Origin: Tricharina praecox | Taxonomy: Eukaryota | Length of the DNA: 64,000 nucleotides | NCBI RefSeq assembly: GCF_024521635.1 | Contig: NW_026250406.1 | Location: 1,550,001-1,614,000 of the forward strand | Reading direction: 5' to 3' | Part shown: one piece after another, positions 13,090 to 25,947 of the stretch | How the letters are laid out: each line of letters starts with the position of its first letter | Numbering within the stretch: position 1 is the first letter of the stretch | Position numbers and translations under genes: made by a program | The notes under the pieces: generated by a model | The model's database searches: none | What the model was told of the DNA's origin: nothing | Seen by the model: the letters and a program-made list of their open reading frames with translations, nothing else

Positions 13090-13940
13090 ACGCCTTATCA
13101 GTCCGTTCACTATCCTCCTTCCTTCCCTTCTTTCCTAGCTTTGGTCGGCTATCAGCAGATGCAAAAGACGAGGAACGCGGAAGCATGGGCTGTTCACCGA
13201 AAATGATATTATGACCGCAAATGCAGCAGCAGTGATGAGAGTGAGGGCGCCGGGGCGCGGTTGGCTCTTCTTCTTCATCTTCATCTTCCGAAGTATTGGT
13301 GGCGTCTCCATATTTGAGGGTGTCACCGTCTTCGACGACACATGTCGCTTCGGTGTTCTACTCTTCGGTCGTTTGTTCCTCCAAACAGGATATCCCTTGG
13401 ATATCCGGCATTGTGCCAAAGAAAAGCTCAAATTCCACTGATCACAGCACCCGAAAGCGCCATCACCGGCGACAAGACTCCTAAGCGCAACATTAGCACT
13501 CGCCCATGCACGGCTGTAGCTGGAAGACTGCACTTGCCTGACTTGTCCTTTGGGTGGTCAGCTTGTCCAACGGCCCGGTGTCGTTCGCGCACCCACACCC
13601 AGTTGTCATCAGCCCCTAACATTCCGGCGTTGCCACGATCGTCTTTAGGTACTTCCTCTTTGTACCTTGAGTACAGGGCATCCTTCTAGACACCCTTAGA
13701 GTGATCAGGGTACCAATACGCGTTATACATCCTCGCGACTGAGGGCCAGGCGTTGCCCAGATCTTCCCTGAGGAAATGCATCACGCACAATTTCTCGTGC
13801 GTGTAATTTTCCCTCAGGGCGACCAGAGTTTTGTGTTGCGAGTGGCCATGCGTCTGCCATGTTCTTGTGGGTGGTGGTGGTGGTGGTCTTCGATCGGTGG
13901 TTCTGGATGATGTGGAATATTGATCTAAAGCTTGATGCAT
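13090..13940 (-). pseudogene. Mosaic family copy: Myb/SANT-like HTH domain plus acidic tail, one in-frame stop
   Basis: MHQAL..LRENYTHEKLCVMHFLREDLGNAWPSVARMYNAYWYPDHSKGV*KDALYSRYKEE. Shared 5' module at about 13945-14190 and shared last-exon module at about 13090-13135. Confidence 0.7.
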
Positions 13941-14775
13941 TATAATGATGGAGTAAAAGGATGACTTGGAGGAGATTCATCATTGTGATGTGGTGGGAGG
14001 ATGATAGTTGAAGTGGTATGTACGGGTGAAGGGGGGAGATGAAGAAGAGAAAGAGAGGAAGAAAGCAAGCTGCAACCCACTAGCGCACTGAAGATTGCTT
14101 GTGGGAAGTGACTGCTTTTCTTGAATAGGGCACACAATGGCTTCTTCGACGCTGGCGTAATACCACGTGGGCTCGTCGGCTGTGACCACGCATAAAGGTA
14201 CCGTGTCTATCTAGTGCTCAGAGGATTACGCTGTGTGCAGTGCTTGGCTAACTGCGATGACACGTGGCTGACTGCGGTGAGACCTTGAGAGGTGCGGTCA
14301 GACACGGACAACTGCGGCCAAGCATGGACAACTGTGGTCACAGATAGTAGCTCGATAGGAAATTGTCTAAACTACTCACACTCGCACAGTGATAATGGAA
14401 CGAAGTATTGCGAAAAGCAATAGAGGTTTAGCACCTTGATACGCAGTGATGTTTTCCGTGTGCCTTACACGCTTAGACGTCCGCATGGCTGTAGATGACC
14501 TAAAATCCCAAAGGCTACACATGATGACCCGGCGTGGACCGTGCGCATCTCAGAAGTAGAAGGTTGTAAGTCTTTCCTACGTACCAGTATTCTGCCTTGG
14601 ACAAAACAAACGTTTATAGAGGGCCACTCGGGCCCGACGAGAAGTAGTGGATTAACTGAACATTTTCTATCTATCCATCTCTATCTCTATCCTCCATATT
14701 CCCGACACTGCGTGGGTCTTGTCAGACCGTCCACTATCCTCCTTTGCTTCCTTCTCTTCTGGGTGCGGTCAGCTA

Positions 14776-15198
14776 CAGTGTTCTTCATAGACCAGTCCCG
14801 ACCAAGTTTGTGTATGGTAGGGTCGGTCAGGATATATCCCGACTAAAAAACACTCTCGTCTGGTCAGTCGGGATATATCCCGACCAAAAATAAACTTAGT
14901 CTGATGGATCGCGTTATATCCCGATCATAAATTTTCAGGTCGGGTCGGGATGTATCTCGACCGACCAGGCATAGGTCGGATAGGTCGGGCTAAGAAACAA
15001 TATTTGAAACCGGAAATTCTCTAAATACCGCTAGACACTAAGGAATTCTGTGCGGCTGATAGATTTAGCAGTTAACCCGACGTCGGCCGACCTGGGCCGA
15101 CCGAGCCTGGCAAGGTCTGGTCAGTCAGGATATATCTGGACCTCCTAAAGCCTATGACTGGTCGGTCGGCCGACTGGTGTGGTCTGTGTAGAACAATT
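14776..15198. mobile_element. hAT-family MITE (423 bp) with 8-bp target-site duplication
   Basis: TIRs CAGTGTTCTTCATAGACCA and TGGTCTGTGTAGAACAATT. TSD GTCAGCTA (14768-14775) / GTCAACTA (15199-15206) splits the host motif GGTCAGCTATGAGCAGA, which is intact elsewhere (e.g. about 15546 and 29888). Confidence 0.8.
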
Positions 15199-16958
15199 GT
15201 CAACTATGAGCAGAGGAGGAAGATAATTCATGCGCAATCATGAGGTACTTACTGAGCTTCAAATCACAACCGCGGACGCGGCGGCGATTAACGGGAGGGC
15301 GCGGGCGGCAAAGCCGCTCCGGTGGTGGGGGCCATAGCCCCGGACTCGACAATTTCCAGATCACGACCGCGAAATCGGCGGCGATGGGCGCGGGTGCGCG
15401 GGCGGCAAAGCCGCCCAGTGGTGGGGGCCGTGGCCCCGGACTCGGCGTTTCCCACCTTGATCTCCACTTATTTTTGTATCTACCTCGTACTAGGTAATAT
15501 CAGACCGTCCACTATCCTGCTTTCCTTCCACGTTTCCTAGGTTCAGTCAGCTATGAGCAGAGGAAAAAGACGACTCATGCGGAATCCACCGAGTTAGTCA
15601 CGAGGATGTGAAACGTGGCGGGGAAGGCTGCGAGGGGACCCCACGTTGACTAAGCGGAAAACGGCGCCGACCAACCAGAAACAGAGCGCAAACTGCAGCG
15701 TCCAAGAAGACGCCGCTGTAGCTCAGATGTTCTGCGGAAGCAATAAGCCTCAGAAATAGGAAGGAAAATATCCCGATAAATATAGCTAAGAAGGACTCAC
15801 CCGTGAAGTAAGCTGTGTATGTGTGTCTTCTAGATGAGTCGAAGAAAGCGCGTTGCAGCAAAGCCGTAGTCGTTGGAAATTTGTATTCGAGATGGAAGTC
15901 GAGATTGCTGTCGAGATCGAAGTCGAAAATCGTGCGCGTTGTTTAGCAAGCTAAATAACAGGAGCGATGAGGAAGAAGAAAAGGGGGAAAGTGGAAGTGG
16001 AGAAGTGGAGAAGTGGATAAGTGGGGTGGTGGGGTGGTGGGGTGGTGGGGCAGTAGGATTGTGGGATTGTGGGATTGTGGGGCTTGTGGGGTTGTGGAGA
16101 ATGTGACGGGGAAACGGGGCTTGCTTAGTGCGTAGCATAAAACCTTTGTAGCGAATGACAGTAGCTGGAACGAGAGCAATCGCGAGCAGCACGTCGCGCT
16201 CGTGGAACTTTTCATGCACGCCGTCATCAATGAGGTGAATCGCCCTCTCAACCGATTGCAGACGCAGACGCAGGGGAAGGTGATCAGAGTGGAATCCGAA
16301 TCTTAGACAGACACACTTGGTCACCGCCGTAGGAACAGCTTTCATCGGGGCAGTTGCGGTCAATCTTCATTCCGTTAGGGTAATCGGGGAGAATTCGAGT
16401 GTTGAATATAAGAGGTAGATAAACATGACAATAGTAGTCGATACAAAAGGAACATCGGGAGCAGGGAGCTCTCTCTATATACAAGCTTCATAGATCAGGA
16501 AATCCCTGCATCCATCCCTTCAGTAGGTCCATTCTCCGTCACCCGTGCTGGGAATGCCGGATACTCCCTTGGAGTACTAGGGACATCGTCATCTCCGGAC
16601 GTCCCATATTCTGACAGCGACGATGTAGCTATCGGCGTGAGGTCCAGCCTGCAAAACATGCCTTGGGCGAGAGCGATGCTGTCGCTCTGTGCGATGGTCA
16701 TTGCATGATTCCATCCAAAGACACGCGCGCGGGGAAGCATCATGCCGCCCACCACTGATATTCTCTCCTCCTCTTTATCAGGTCGTCTGCGCCTAGCCGC
16801 CTTCTCGACCGCCCTGCAAACCGAGTCAACACATTGCTACGGAGAGTGCAAGAAGCCAGCTATTCAGAAACAGAGGTCCGTCCTTCCTACACACGACTTG
16901 CATCGATACTCCTTTGTCTACCACGCTATGTAGTAAGTCATCCATGCGGCCTTTATGG

Positions 16959-17729
16959 CAGTGCGGGCAACATCCCGCAAAGCCCATCGGCTGGGCTGGG
17001 GCTGGTGGGCTGTTTTGGTAGCCCAGGCTGATGCCAATCAGCTGGTAGTCCAGCCCGCGCTATCAGGTGGGCTGGGCGGGCTGGATCCTAAAATTGGTAG
17101 GGTAACACCACGACAATAGATAGCAAACAACGTTGGTACCAGTAGGCAGTGGCGTAGTAACGGGCCGTGGTAGCAGAGCTTTCTCTCGACCCCGCGGAGC
17201 TAACAGGAAAGCAAAGGCTTGGAAGTTGGTGGTCGCCATAGTCTAGTAAGGCCGCATGCGACAATAATTGATGTTCTGTTCTCTCTCTCATAATAGACAC
17301 TACGAAACAGCCCCACGCTGGCAGCGCCCTCAAGAAAGAAAGACAGGAGACAACACGGAGAAAATAACAGTACATGAAATTTAAAGCTACTCCACAAAGA
17401 AGACAGGTCTACAGTTGCGGACGCATGCCAATGCCGCAAATGTTCGTAGGCCTCAATGATCTCCGGCTTCAACCCTTACCGGCGGCCCGTCGCCATGCGT
17501 TTTGAGCTACTAAACACGCATCGTTCCTGTGCTAACACATGCGGGAGGTGATTTTGTCGCTGTTATTGTTGGGATACAGATTGTGGCCGTGCCGCATCCA
17601 CCATCCTCGACGGTATTAGAAGTAAGACGCATCATTTAAACTCCCTCGCCACGGCCCACCAGCCCGGCCTGGGCTACACTCGCCGGGCTGCGGACTGGCT
17701 CTGCTTGGGCTGGGCTGTTGCCTACACTG
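16959..17729 (-). mobile_element. Non-autonomous hAT element of a second family
   Basis: TIRs CAGTGCGGGCAACA and TGTTGCCTACACTG. GGGCTG subterminal repeats at both ends. Minus-strand LKPEIIEAYEHLRHW resembles the hAT transposase C-terminus. Confidence 0.8.
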
Positions 17730-18422
17730 GCGCCTACTTCCTCGTCTCATTATTTGTGCCCAGATGAATTCTATAGTCGTGCGTAAGATTTCAAGAGGTA
17801 GGAGATGAGGATACGCGGTGATATCGTTTGGAGAGGTAAAGGCGGAACACGGGGGAGAGTCGCTAGGGGGCAGCAGGAGGAGCGGGCATGTAGGTCCACA
17901 GCGGTCTTCACTGTCAATCTACTTTTCGCTTGTGTCAGCCCGAGGCGGATGGGCAGAGGAAGTGTGGCGCCGCATCCGACTGGCCAAGCCGGGCAGGAGA
18001 AGGCGTTCGTTTGTTTTCCGTAGTATAGATAGGCTGGATGCAAAAAAAAACAGGAAGATATCTCTCTCTGCTCTCCGTCGCATCGAGCAACGCGGGTCTC
18101 GTGAGTGCGTTTCATGGCGGACGGTCCTTGTCAAAGTTTTCTTTCTAGCCGCATCCGATGCAGTGTGTGTTGCGTTCCGGACGAGGAAAGATCGATTACA
18201 CCAAGTGGTATTACGCGAGCGACAAAGAAGCTACTGTGCGGACCATTCAGGAAAAGCAGTCACTACCCACAATAACGTGTTGTGGGCGCTTGCAGCTTGG
18301 TTTCCTTTCTTTCTCTTCTCCCTCTCCCTCCTTCACCCGAACATATGACTTCAACTATCATCCTCCAACAACATCACTTTGATGAAGCACCTCCAAAATC
18401 ATTCTTTCACTCCATCGTTATA

Positions 18423-19130
18423 ATGCATCAAGCCGTCTCTACCGGTGAGCCCTCGAAGAAAAAGCGCAAGTCGATCGCCGCCGCCGGCTCCGACAATAAA
18501 CCAAAGAAGACGAAGACCGCGAACGACGACAACAATGCACCTGCGACTCCACGCCCGAGTAATGCGACTGCCGGCTTGAGTAATGCGACTGCAGGTCCGA
18601 GTAAGTGGCTGCCGGACCGAATACTGCGACTGCCGGACCGAGTACTGCGACTGCCGGACCGAGTACTGCGACTGCCGGACCGAGTACTGCGACCCTAGCC
18701 ACGAGTCTGCAGGCACCTGCGGACTAGGTGTGGGTGAGCGAGCGCCACTGGGCGATTGAAGGAGCTGACCCTCCAAAGGACAAGTCAGGTAAGTGCAATC
18801 ATCAGCTGTGGCGGTGTATGGGCGACTGCTAACGCATTCTGCGGCGACCTAAGAGAAGAATAACGAAGCGACATGTGGCGTCGAAGACGGTCACACCCTC
18901 GAACAGGGAGACGCCATGGACACGTCCAAAGACGATGACGAAGACGAAGAGCCATCCGCGCCGCGGTGCCCTCACTCTCATGACTGCTGCTTCATTTGCG
19001 GTCATAATCTCACACTCGGTCAGTAGCTCATCATTCTGCATTAGTCGTCGTCTTTTCTTCTGCTGGTGGCTGACTGATCCTAGGAAACAAGGAACGAAAT
19101 CAGGATGGTGGACGGTCTGATAAGACATAG
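18423..19130 (+). pseudogene. Mosaic family copy with a basic NLS-like module and 21-bp tandem repeats in place of the HTH
   Basis: Shared 5' module, then MHQAVSTGEPSKKKRKSIAAAGSDNKPKKTK, (CCGAGTACTGCGACTGCCGGA)n at about 18555-18695, the shared GTAAGT intron at about 18789, the acidic module and the shared last intron/exon. Frameshifted. Confidence 0.6.
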
Positions 19131-19528
19131 GTAGATGGAAAATGTTGCCGGGTGTCAAGGTGCTGAACGTCTATTGTCTTTCACATTACTTCCTTTCATA
19201 GATTACTTTCCTGCTACCGAAATCTTCGTGGTGTTATGCCAACAGGAGTACGAGTAGTTTAGAGGATCGATTATTGAGATACTATCAAAGCGCAAAAAAA
19301 ACATTTCCTCTCGCATGACTTCCTTCCAGTGATTTCTTTCCTGTTATACAAGTAATTATTTCTACTTGTATCCGCGTGTGCGACACATTTCATCACCCAT
19401 CCAGCATATCCTGACGTCAAATTCCGCATCGCCCTATTGACACTTATAAAAGAGAATCCGCGGCAATCTGCATCCTGTTGTTGACCCACGCGTGTCAATG
19501 ACGTTGTAGACCACGATGTTGAGCCTAC

Positions 19529-20327
19529 CAATGCAGGCAACACCCCGCAAAATCCATGGGCTGGGCTGGAGCTGGTGGGCTGATGATTGATCTGATGGCC
19601 TCGGCTGGAGCCGATGCGCTCGCAGCTCAGCCCAGGCTATAAGTTGGGCTGGGCGGGCTGGATCCTAGAGTTTATAGGTTAACACCACAACAATAGATAG
19701 GAAACAATGATAGTAGGTCGCGGCGGAGCAACGGTCCGTGGTGGTAGAAACTAGAGCTTTCTCTTGACCCCGCGCAGGTGGCAAGAAAGGAAAGGTTGGG
19801 ATGGTGCTGGTCGTCATAGTCTAGCAAGGCCGCATGAGACAACATTTGATGTTCTGTTCTCTCGACCCTGCGGAGCTGGCAGGAAAGGAAAGGTTTGGAA
19901 GTTGATGGTCGCCAAAGTCTAGTTAGGCCACATACGACAAACTTGAAGTTCTCTCTCTCTCGCATGATGAAATAGAAAACAGGCCCACGCCGGCAGCGCT
20001 CTCAAGAAAGAAAGATAGCAGAGTATAGGAGGAAAAGACACTACATGAAATGTAAAGCTACTCTACTAAGAAGACAGGTCCACAGTGGCGGAAGTATGCC
20101 AAATCACAAACATTCGCTGGCCTCAATGCTCTCAGGCCTTAAACCATACCGGCGGTGAGTCACCACGAGTTCAGCGCTACTAAATACTCGTCCTATCTCT
20201 GCCGACATATGCGAGAGGATCCTGTGGCTGTCGTTGGGATACAGGAGGTGGCCGTGCCGGATCACCCTCGATGATATCAGCAGTGAGACGCATCATTGGA
20301 ACTCACTCACTACCGCCCACCAGCACA
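19529..20327 (-). mobile_element. Second copy of the hAT element at 16959, right end lost at a Copia insertion
   Basis: Starts CAATGCAGGCAACA and is colinear with 16959-17660. LRPESIEASECL on the minus strand. Has an internal ~95-bp duplication. Preceded by GAGCCTAC. Confidence 0.75.
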
Positions 20328-20329
20328 CG

Positions 20330-22095
20330 TGTTGTAATATCTCACTCGTTATCATCGCGGGCTCAGGCTCGGGCCTCCGCCCCTTTCCTATACTCGAGGC
20401 TACAGCCTCCCTCCTCTAGACACACTAGAGATACTGTACTTCATCCATTCAGTCACTATTCACAACAGGTTATGAGCCCGGCATAGCGCCTCACCTCCAA
20501 AGAAAATACACTCGCACAAATCCGCTCGACCACAATCACCATCGAAAAACCAAAATGGCAACCGATAAGACTGTCTACGCTTCCAAGTGGGGTACCATCA
20601 ACAAGCTCACCGAATTAAATTACCCAAAGTGGAAGAATGACCTGTCGCTGGTTCTGACTGCCATGGATGCACTGGAAATCGTTGCCGGTGAAGAAGAAGA
20701 GCAACCTCCGGCCGGCAACTCCGTAGCAGCCAGAGCTGCCCAGGTCAATTACCGCAAGCGACAGGCAAACGATGCCAAAGCAATGCGCTTCTCCTGCAGC
20801 GATGCAGTAGCAGTATTCATCGAAGAGCTTAGATCCCCATCAGAGATGTGGAAGACTCTACGGGATCATTTAGATTCTACCTTATCCTATATGGGGAGAG
20901 TTAGCATCGCTAACCAATTCCAAGACTCCCGCCCGGTCGCCGGAGAGAGTATGAAATCGTACATCGCACGCCTCCAATCCTTCTTTACACAACTCGCTGC
21001 CTCCACCGAAGCAATAACAGACCAAGCCCTACGAAACCATATCTTTCTCACCGTACCTACCACCTTCAAACACACTATTGCTTACCTGAAGCGCACGCCA
21101 GAAGTCACCAGAGCAACGATAAGTACTGCTCTCACGGAGGATGAGCAGGATGAAGTGCAAGAGAAAAGCCTAGGCGACGCAAACCTCGGTGCGACATCCG
21201 GCAACGAAGCCTATTCCAAATCTGGAAAAGGTGGAAAACAGAGGCAATCGCAGCGTAAGACATAAAATTACACTAACTGCAATATGGAAAACCACACCAC
21301 GGAAGATTGCGGAAGAAACAAGACCCGCAAACACGCACGGACTAATAGCATCGTCAGCTTTCACTGCCTCAAGGCTGTCCACACGATGAGAGACTGCAGC
21401 CTATGAGTACGGGCACTCCAGCACTGGAAGAGCAGAGAACCAGCCAGGGCCCTACGCGCGGCCCGCAATTGGGAGAACCTCGCCAGCAACCCAGAAAATT
21501 TCGATTGACTAGCCGACCAATTCAACTCGGCCAGAGTAGGCTATTTCGCTCTGGCCATCGTAATAGCACCCTCTAAGTGGATACTCGACTTCGGCGCCTC
21601 ACAAGATATCTACAACGGCAGCCCTAATATGTTTACCTCCTACAACCGCCTAATGAACCCGATCGAAATCAAACTCAGCGATGATTCTTGCATTCTTGCC
21701 ACCCACTACGGCTCCCTACTAGTCCAAAATCACCCAATTGAGGCACTTCATACACCTACCATTCGTATCTCGCTGTTCTCGGTCGGAGAGTTCGACTCTC
21801 GAGGACACAGTACGCTCTTCGTCAACGGCTACTGCACTATCACCTCACCTGGATCATAATCTACCTTGACAGGCGGCCACCGTAACGGCAGACAGTACCA
21901 CGTTGACGCACAGATCACTTCTCACGCTCTACTGAGCGCGTCGGTGCCTGATCAACAAGCGATGACATCGCTACCCATCGCTGAATCCAAACGATGGTAC
22001 AAACGGCTTACCCACCTACGCACCACTGTAATGAAAGACCTTATCGAGAGTTACTCTTACAATGAAAATGAAGTATGTGAAATGTGTACTCTTGT
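20330..22095 (+). mobile_element. 5' half of a Ty1/Copia LTR retrotransposon (LTR, PBS, gag, zinc knuckles, protease, GAG-pre-integrase), truncated
   Basis: 138-bp LTR TGTTG..CAACA (20330-20467) and PBS GGTTATGAGCCC. Gag ORF 20555-21265. Decayed knuckle CNMENHTTEDC, protease-like WILDFGASQDI, and WYKRLTH..CEMC. Confidence 0.9.
20555..21265 (+). pseudogene. Copia gag (Retrotran_gag_2-like), frameshifted before the zinc knuckle
   Basis: LTELNYPKWKNDLSLVL..ALEIVAGEE, SPSEMWKTLRDHL and GESMKSYIARL are typical Copia gag motifs. Confidence 0.85.
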
Positions 22096-22807
22096 GACAC
22101 CCCAATAGACTTTCGGGTAGTCACAGCAAGAGCGGTTGGTTTCAGAAGGATTGGAACACATGAATACATAGTCATAGCATAGAGACGAGTGAGGGAGGAG
22201 TGAGCAAAGGGGATCCAGAGTCTAAGCAGTGATCGGCGACACAGGCGATGCACGGTAAAGTCCGATACGGCCGAGATGGCCTGAGGCGGTGCATCATGGA
22301 ACCCCGTAGAAAGACACGCCGATCATGGAACCTGTTAGAACGCGCGAGTACCAATGTATGGACGAATTGAAGCGTGTAGAACCGGGCAAGTTCTCAGTGC
22401 CGACATAAAGATGTGTACTGCTTACTCGGAGCCACGCTCGGGTAGGAAGTAGTAAGCACTTCTCGCCTAGTCGAAACCACTATCCCTGCGTCATCTTACA
22501 GCGACTGTATTGCCTACACTCAGTGGGTGACTCTTCGAAGCGCTTACGACAGCGCATGACCCAGACCGCGTTTGCAAAAGAGTTTCCCACGACAGAGTTT
22601 TTCCGACAACGTGCTTGGTGTATGAGGAGACTATATAGTCACTCGACTATCACCACGGAAATCCCAAACACCAGCACCACCAGGACACCGAACACTCGCG
22701 GCAATAACCGTTAAAATTGTTTCGCTGTGAATCATCAGATTCCCTGACTTGTATTCCATAACCGATATCTATCAAGACTTTGACGTTGTGAAACCGTTGC
22801 AATCTCA

Positions 22808-23252
22808 CTATCACGGTTCAGAAATCCTTCCCTCAAGTAGCTACAGGGATGATGGCCTTCGGCGATCCAAATACCTTTTATTCTAGCGGTATAGTACTTT
22901 CCCAGTGTACTTTATTACATTCACAGGAACACCATGAGAAAATGACTATGTTTGTCACCAAACTAGGCCACTACCCCCGTTCTCCTCGGAATCCCTTGGA
23001 TGGACCTCCACGATGTGGCCATCCAGTGCAGCTCCCGCACCTCCACCTTCCGCTCACAATACTGTACAGTCAACTGCAACGTAGTGCCTATGTCACGGTT
23101 CACAAATCCTTGCCTTAAGTAGCTACTGGGATGATGGCGTTCAGCCATCAAAATACCTTTGGGTCGTGTGGTATAGTACTTTGCCAGTGTACTTTATTAC
23201 ACTCTGTACTTAGTTCTTCACGCAACAACTTGTTAATGAAACAATTGTGACC
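22808..23252. repeat. Two direct copies of a ~115-bp LTR-like sequence
   Basis: 22810-22925 matches 23091-23205 (TCACGGTTCA.AAATCCTT.CC..AAGTAGCTAC.GGGATGATGGC). The second copy begins TGTCAC with GTGAC at about 23250. Confidence 0.45.
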
Positions 23253-23970
23253 TCTGTCCTTGCCTCGGCTGCCGTCTGCGCCGCATTTCCTCTCTCCGCC
23301 CTTGTTTCTCAGTTGCCGTCTGCACTGAGTCCCATCTTACCTCATCTTCCCGACCCGTCTTGCCCTTGCCCACCCCAGTTCCTGTCCACCCGTCCACCCG
23401 TCTTCGGTACCTGGAGCCCAGCCCAACCGTGCCGTTACACTTTGTTGCGTCTCTACCTCTTCACCTAGCGAATCGTCATGGCCGCAAACACCCAGGCTTC
23501 AGACCTGCCTCAACAAGAGGAGGCCACCGCAGCGGCACCCTTCTACCGAGAAATTCCCGCTATTGCTCCGGCGCTTGAGACACGTCATAAACAATAAGAA
23601 GACGGATTCTATCTGCGAGATAGTAGTCACCGGAAAGACACGGAAGTAATCGAGCCAATAGGCTGCGGCTCCGTCGTTTGTAGTCGCCGACCAACTCAAG
23701 GGTGCATACGAGTTCAGCTCGGAAACACCAAAATCCAAGATACACAAGGGTTCGGTACCCGAAGACCCAGTGCCTAGAGCCATCGCCCACATCTCGTGCG
23801 AGATACTCTTGTGTATTATTGAGGTAATACTCTCCCGAGCGCTCATAGTTAGACATCAGGCGTGGTGAGTCGTGTCGGTATAAAGACCGACGACTTTCCG
23901 CCGCAGAGAAGGCATCGACTACCATCACAGGGAGTTAAGCCATAACAATCAGACTTTGTTACTCTTGGAT

Positions 23971-25947
23971 TTACTCTCTCTCCCTATTCGTGATTAGCCG
24001 ATCATCAACCCTTCTCAGTTGTTTCCAAGAACAAGCCGCCGTGCGAATCAGTTGGGCCTCCACATTCACTTCACCGCCATTGTACAAGTGCTGTTCTCTT
24101 CTGATCAGTAGACTGTCCTTGCCCGCTGCTGTGAGCGTGCCAACTGTGAACCACCCCGGTGTTACAACATGGTACGTAGCCGCATGGTCAGCAATCATGT
24201 AGAACGACTTGCCCGGTATAGGACCGATTCCAACGATGTTCCGATCCTGTTTGGTGAAGAGGGTGACCCTGCCGTCAAAGTTGTAGTCCACCTTGACTCC
24301 AACCGTCAGGATCTGGTAGACTCTCATGAGGTTGTTCTTGCCGCAAGCAGAAACATGCTGTACATTGCGGAGTATGGCGCGGTTCGAAGTTTGTTCCACA
24401 TGGCAGTAACAGCCTGATATCACCGATCCCAGCTGCGCTGACCTTGATCTCATCCGCAAAGATCACTGCGTGCTCCCCCGGAGCGATCGCGCGGTACCGA
24501 ATCCAATTGTGATCCATTCCAGTGCAGTGGCTCGTTGCCCCCGAATCCACCACCCAATCGGTGGGTGTCGCGCAACGATCGGTAATAACAGTCTCGCAAA
24601 CTTCATCAACCTTCGGTCGAAGAGTAAGTGGTTCTGAGTCCCCGTCTTCTCGAGAGAGAAGCAAGAAACCGATTCCTGCGCTTGACGCTGCCTGATCATT
24701 CACGACATTTTCTTTGCTTGACTCTTTATTCTCCTTGTCTTTCGAGTCAGAGTTCTCCTTCCAGAGTTGCTTTGACCGGCACTCGAACTTCATGTGTCCC
24801 TTCTTGCTGAGTTTATGTGTCCCTTCTTGCTGCCACCGTAGCACTAGATGGCCTTAGAATCTTTATCCTGATATCCCCCGGAAGCTCCATCCTTCTTCTT
24901 GGCCATACCCTTCTTCGCAAAGAGGGCGGTCGACAACTCGGTGTTGGTACATTGCAAATAAATCATGACGGTCCCACGCATATAAGCGCTCGAAGATCTG
25001 GAGCTGGTCTAAAATCTTCTGGCAGCTTCCGGCACTGTGACTTGAGTTGAGACGTGTTCGAAAATCAAGCCACACATCACCCGTCGGGAGTCCTTGGACC
25101 ATGTAGAACGCTAAAACCGTCTCCGGCAGCACGGTGCCCACGTTGCGCAACTCTTTAGCTACCTCCAGAATTCGAGAGTGGTAAGCAGCCGCGCTATCAA
25201 CGTCGGCCCTGCGGATAGCGTTCAGCTTGTAGAGACCAACGTTGGCGTCGATCTTGGCCACCCGGTCGAAGTCCTTCTCGATGTCCGCCTAGAGAATGTC
25301 TGGTGCTGACATGTACTTCTTGTCTGCATACCGCCTCCGCACAGAGGGGTCCAGGGAACGTCGAATCTCCGCTGTGGCCAGGCCAATCTTGTCCTTGTAC
25401 GTGTCGCGCTGGATGAGGTAGCGACGGAAATCGCTCATGTAGCTGGGGTCTGTAGATTCCGGTGTCTCCTCGTTGTCGATCTGTTCGGTGTCAGTAGCGG
25501 CTTCGGTCTTCGTCTTTGAGGTTGGTGTAGGCTTCCGGGGTGGCTTCGTGGTGCCCTGAACGATCCCTTAAAGGGCGCGGGCGAGGAGCTCGTCCCTGAT
25601 GTATTCCTCCTACTCGGTGTATTTGTGTTCTTTCAACACAACTCGCTCCATTTGGACGACTGTTAGTAAAATATGGGGTAGTTGTTGACTTAATTGATGA
25701 ATTCCCTAGGGAAGCAGAGGGCTAATAACCTGTTGATGCACGATCTGGAGGTTTGGGGCGCACGCGAGGGGATCCGATTCGAAGGCAGTCGGAAGAAGAA
25801 GAAGATGTAGTTCTTATTATGCAAGCTGAAGCTCTAGTTGTACTTATAGTCGTCCCAGACGAACTGAAACCTTCCTCGTGAGTCGTGCACAAAACTCACT
25901 CGATCAAACACGCCGCTCCGACAACCAAGGCCTTACGGGCCGCAACA
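23971..25947 (-). mobile_element. 5' half of a second, distinct Ty1/Copia element, degenerate and truncated
   Basis: Probable LTR 25731-25947 (TGTTG..CAACA) and PBS GGTTATTAGCCC. Gag from 25651 with three stops. Knuckle remnant KKGHMKFEC, protease DWVVDSGATSHC, and LRNVQHV..KNNLM. Confidence 0.88.
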
